DNA from: Candidatus Altarchaeum sp.
Lineage (GTDB): Archaea > Altiarchaeota > Altiarchaeia > Altiarchaeales > Altiarchaeaceae
Length of the DNA stretch: 22,442 bases
Direction of reading: 5' to 3'
Assembly: GCA_018260615.1 (NCBI GenBank)
Contig: JAGWDQ010000131.1
Span: 1 to 22,442, forward strand
Shown: one piece after another, positions 18,001-22,442 of the stretch
Numbering within the stretch: the stretch's first letter is position 1
How the letters are laid out: each line of letters begins with the position of its first letter
Made by a program: the position numbers and the translations under genes
The notes under the pieces: generated by a model
What the model saw: only the letters and a program-made list of their open reading frames with translations
What the model was told of the DNA's origin: nothing
Database searches by the model: none

Positions 18001-21000
18001 CCATTTGATTTGCCGTTCTTTCCGATATATCGTGTTTGAATAGAACCAGTGTGGTATTGAAATATTAACCCATGCATACCTTAAAAGTGTTGAATATTTC
18101 GTTTGAATAGAACCAGTGTGGTATTGAAATATAAGGTAGATAATATGTTCATAGTCATACTAATAAAGTTTGAATAGAACCAGTGTGGTATTGAAATCTT
18201 TTGCACTCCACACGCCAACTATCAAATCATATGGTTTGAATAGAACCAGTGTGGTATTGAAATTCGGAATAACCAAGCAGTAATTCCGACGCCTTAAAGT
18301 TTGAATAGAACCAGTGTGGTATTGAAATACTATTACCGCAATTAACCCTTTCTTTTTGTTTGAGACCGTTTGAATAGAACCAGTGTGGTATTGAAATATC
18401 GTTTTAGGTGCTATTGCGGGTGCGGTTAAAAATGTTTGAATAGAACCAGTGTGGTATTGAAATAGAGCCGTCCCAACCCTTACCAAAATAGAAGCAACGT
18501 TTGAATAGAACCAGTGTGGTATTGAAATTTAAACTTAACTTGGTTTTATTCACTTCTTACACTTGGGTTTGAATAGAACCAGTGTGGTATTGAAATACAG
18601 GAAGGTCTAAATTCAAGTATCGTGTAAATGTGTTTGAATAGAACCAGTGTGGTATTGAAATGCGGATACAGGGATAATGAGAATAATCATTGATGACGGT
18701 TTGAATAGAACCAGTGTGGTATTGAAATATGTTTTTTATGCCTTCTAATTGCTCTTTAACCCGTTTGAATAGAACCAGTGTGGTATTGAAATTTAATATA
18801 CATATTTTTATTAAATTTTCTTTCATTTGTTTGAATAGAACCAGTGTGGTATTGAAATATGGGGATATTTTGATGAGACCAGCAAATATTTGAGGCAGTT
18901 TGAATAGAACCAGTGTGGTATTGAAATAACAGCAAGCCATCAACGAAATTGGAGCAATTAGTGGGTTTGAATAGAACCAGTGTGGTATTGAAATGAAACA
19001 AAAGAGGAAATAAATACTGAAACTTGTTTGTGGTTTGAATAGAACCAGTGTGGTATTGAAATGTTGTCGTTGCAGGATCCTGAGTATGTTTCCATTATTG
19101 TTTGAATAGAACCAGTGTGGTATTGAAATTTTTTGTATTTGTAAATTATAACATTTTTCACAATATTGTTTGAATAGAACCAGTGTGGTATTGAAATCTC
19201 GGGTCGGGTCGTTTTTCACACAAAACCACGTGTGTGTTTGAATAGAACCAGTGTGGTATTGAAATAAGCATTAAATAACTATCAACAAACCGAACAAGAA
19301 AAGAGTTTGAATAGAACCAGTGTGGTATTGAAATAATTAAACAAAGAGTTTATAAGCAATCCGACACAGGAAGTTTGAATAGAACCAGTGTGGTATTGAA
19401 ATTTTTTGTATTATAATAAATTACAGGATAAATTAATCGTTTGAATAGAACCAGTGTGGTATTGAAATTTTTTGTAGTAATTAAATTAAATATTCTTTCT
19501 TGTTGGTTTGAATAGAACCAGTGTGGTATTGAAATTAGTTTCGTCCTTATGTGGTGTATCTGGGCACATTTTTACGTTTGAATAGAACCAGTGTGGTATT
19601 GAAATGAGTGTGAAAATTCAAACCTCTTAACAATTTCATGTTTGAATAGAACCAGTGTGGTATTGAAATGCTTCATATTCGTCGTACACAACAGAGCATG
19701 TTAGCGTGTTTGAATAGAACTAGTGTGGTATTGAAATGCAACGCGGACCATATCCACGCTGCCGACTTTTTTCGTTTGAATAGAACCAGTGTGGTATTGA
19801 AATATTACAGGAAATTACCTCATTTCTTCGTAGTTGAAAAGTTTGAATAGAACCAGTGTGGTATTGAAATTGGACACAGGGAAATGGAACGCTGCAAGGG
19901 TGCTGCGTTTGAATAGAACCAGTGTGGTATTGAAATATTTTGCTGCACTGTCGAAACATGAATGTGTCTTCAAGTTTGAATAGAACCAGTGTGGTATTGA
20001 AATGTGACAAGGTCTGATATCAATCTGCTTTTGTTTTTTAGTTTGAATAGAACCAGTGTGGTATTGAAATTCATTTGATGCAAAAAAACTTATGTGGGCA
20101 GTAATTAGTTTGAATAGAACCAGTGTGGTATTGAAATTTGTAATTGTATAAACGGACAAACTCAAAATTGCTCTCGTTTGAATAGAACCAGTGTGGTATT
20201 GAAATATGAGGTTTTCAATGAAGTAAAAGAAAAAAGTATTGCAAGTTTGAATAGAACCAGTGTGGTATTGAAATTTGCAAATAGTGATTTCGTCAGCACC
20301 GCCCAGATTTAGTTTGAATAGAACCAGTGTGGTATTGAAATAATCTAAAGGTTCAAAATTTTAAAATAATATGCCTTCCGTTTGAATAGAACCAGTGTGG
20401 TATTGAAATGCGATGGTTGGGTTCATATTGTAGGAACTTGGAACGTTTGAATAGAACCAGTGTGGTATTGAAATGAGACAGAACAATTTCAGCGAGAAAC
20501 TCATTCAGACGGTTTGAATAGAACCAGTGTGGTATTGAAATTAAGAACAATATTTCACATAATATTTACTCCGTTTGAATAGAACCAGTGTGGTATTGAA
20601 ATAAGCATTAAATCTTTGGAATACTTTGGGATACTTATAGTTTGAATAGAACCAGTGTGGTATTGAAATTTCTTTTATTGTAAATTGTATCTAAAAATTC
20701 TGCACCGTTTGAATAGAACCAGTGTGGTATTGAAATAATTATGTAACGGGGTGTTATGGAAATCTAATTTATGTTTGAATAGAACCAGTGTGGTATTGAA
20801 ATACTGTGAAGGTGATTATAAAATAAGAAAATTTTCAAGTTTGAATAGAACCAGTGTGGTATTGAAATGAAGAGTTATGGATAGTAACATATCAGCATTT
20901 GCAGTTTGAATAGAACCAGTGTGGTATTGAAATAACCGTTCAGGACGGGTGAGTTTCGGAAATTCTAAAAGGTTTGAATAGAACCAGTGTGGTATTGAAA

Positions 21001-22387
21001 TGACGATAACATTCAATTTCTTTACCTTTCACATTTCCGGTTTGAATAGAACCAGTGTGGTATTGAAATCAAATTTTTTCAATAATTCAGGTTTTTCTCA
21101 ATCTCGTTTGAATAGAACCAGTGTGGTATTGAAATTTCACTTTTCCTAAATCATCAACATAAATGTACCATTTGTTTGAATAGAACCAGTGTGGTATTGA
21201 AATTAAGAATTAAGCCCGTCAACTGCTTCACCAATCTGGTTTGAATAGAACCAGTGTGGTATTGAAATGTTGTTCCATTACTCATTAAAACATAAACATT
21301 TTCCAAAGTTTGAATAGAACCAGTGTGGTATTGAAATTTGTTATTGCACTGAGGATATTTACATTTATTACGTTTGAATAGAACCAGTGTGGTATTGAAA
21401 TTTCAGACGGGAGTTGATATTCTTACAAATATTAATAAGTTTGAATAGAACCAGTGTGGTATTGAAATAGAGTGTAAAACAGATATAGAAGAATCGTTTT
21501 ATTTCAAGTTTGAATAGAACCAGTGTGGTATTGAAATCTTTAAATTAGCTCAAAAAACAAAAAAATGAATTATTATGTTTGAATAGAACCAGTGTGGTAT
21601 TGAAATAATGAGCAAATTTGTTGAAAATTTTAATTCGTTCTTTGGTTTGAATAGAACCAGTGTGGTATTGAAATCTATATTTACCCGCCACATATATTTT
21701 TATCATTTTGCGTTTGAATAGAACCAGTGTGGTATTGAAATGAAGTTATTTCGTGTTCAATTATCAGTTTAACGTGTTCGTTTGAATAGAATCAGTGTGG
21801 TATTGAAATGAAGAAAGCAAATATATAGATGTACAACAAATAGAAAGTTTGAATAGAACCAGTGTGGTATTGAAATAAATCTATATCAGGAAACGAACGA
21901 AAAAATTTATACGTTTGAATAGAACCAGTGTGGTATTGAAATGAATTTGGCGAAACAACTGAAAAAAACTCTTATAAAGTTTGAATAGAACCAGTGTGGT
22001 ATTGAAATAAAAAATAATTGAATTAGAAAAAAAGATAATGTATAGTTTGAATAGAACCAGTGTGGTATTGAAATTAACAAAGTTTGGCAAATGGTATATT
22101 CATAAGGTTTGAATAGAACCAGTGTGGTATTGAAATACATCACTGTTTTCATCAGCAACGATGTCTGCAATTTTTGTTTGAATAGAACCAGTGTGGTATT
22201 GAAATTCAGAAGTTCAACAGCACGCAGTATTATTTCTATTCGTTTGAATAGAACCAGTGTGGTATTGAAATTGGAATATATGCATATGTGAAGTCCAGAC
22301 CCCGCCTTTGTTTGAATAGAACCAGTGTGGTATTGAAATGTATTAAAATAACATCTTAACATCAATTCTTTAAGGTCGGTTTGAATA
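15095..22387 (+). CRISPR. CRISPR array, repeat GTTTGAATAGAACCAGTGTGGTATTGAAAT (30 bp), 109 full repeats, 109 spacers of 31-40 nt, truncated terminal repeat
   Basis: Hand count from 15095 to 22339, then a last spacer and GTTTGAATA at 22379-22387. ACCA-GTG-TGGT mini-stem and ATTGAAAT 3' handle. Orientation is supported by the leader on the left and the degenerate repeat on the right. Confidence 0.99.
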
Positions 22388-22442
22388 ACCTTTATGTCGG
22401 GATTATTCCGTGAATCGTGCAAATTTAATTTCTAAATTCTAA

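Noticed and set aside
20206-20311. S77 end and S78 start share TTGCAA
   Set aside because: Only 6 nt, expected by chance among 109 spacers.
21607-21644. Possible self-target: S98 start matches 12 nt in the ATPase pseudogene near 1555-1566 (minus strand)
   Set aside because: The match ends at 12 nt, which is too short to call.
16854-22106. Short shared words between spacers (S63/S83 first 11 nt, S27/S89 13 nt internal, S91 reverse/S105 KWYI)
   Set aside because: Flanks diverge at once. Compatible with chance in AT-rich sequence.
15078-22422. About 20 ORFs of 60-220 aa within the array
   Set aside because: They are translations of the repeat (ISIPHWFYSN, FQYHTGSIQT, FNTTLVLFK, LNRTSVVLK) joined by spacers, not genes.

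Overview
AT-rich archaeal locus. An assignment to Ca. Altiarchaeota is my impression from gene content and composition, not a database result. From 4138 to 22387 lies a complete type I-B (Cas8b1/Cst1 CXXC-CXXC) CRISPR-Cas system: cas6, an unknown 137-aa gene, cas8b1 (probable internal cas11), cas7, cas5, cas3, an inserted AAA_14/DUF4143-type ATPase, cas4, cas1, an orphan MNT nucleotidyltransferase with a 16-codon HEPN-like stub, cas2, a leader, and an array of 109 full 30-bp repeats, 109 spacers and a truncated terminal repeat (hand count). Upstream are a tRNA methylthiotransferase (MtaB/MiaB-like), two small Cys-containing unknown proteins, and a second AAA_14-type ATPase. That second ATPase is a pseudogene, broken by an in-frame stop and by a 420-bp internally deleted ISAzo13-like element with 31-bp TIRs and a TAA target duplication. 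The most unusual signal is in cas3: a 267-bp, stop-free, in-frame insertion (89 aa) in the helicase. Its ends form an 11-bp inverted repeat (TATTTGTTTAG...CTAAACATATA) flanked by a degenerate direct repeat, so it looks like a MITE-like element that is translated as a protein domain. Overlaps between spacers suggest a 5'-YCA PAM, and several spacers translate into LamG-like motifs.
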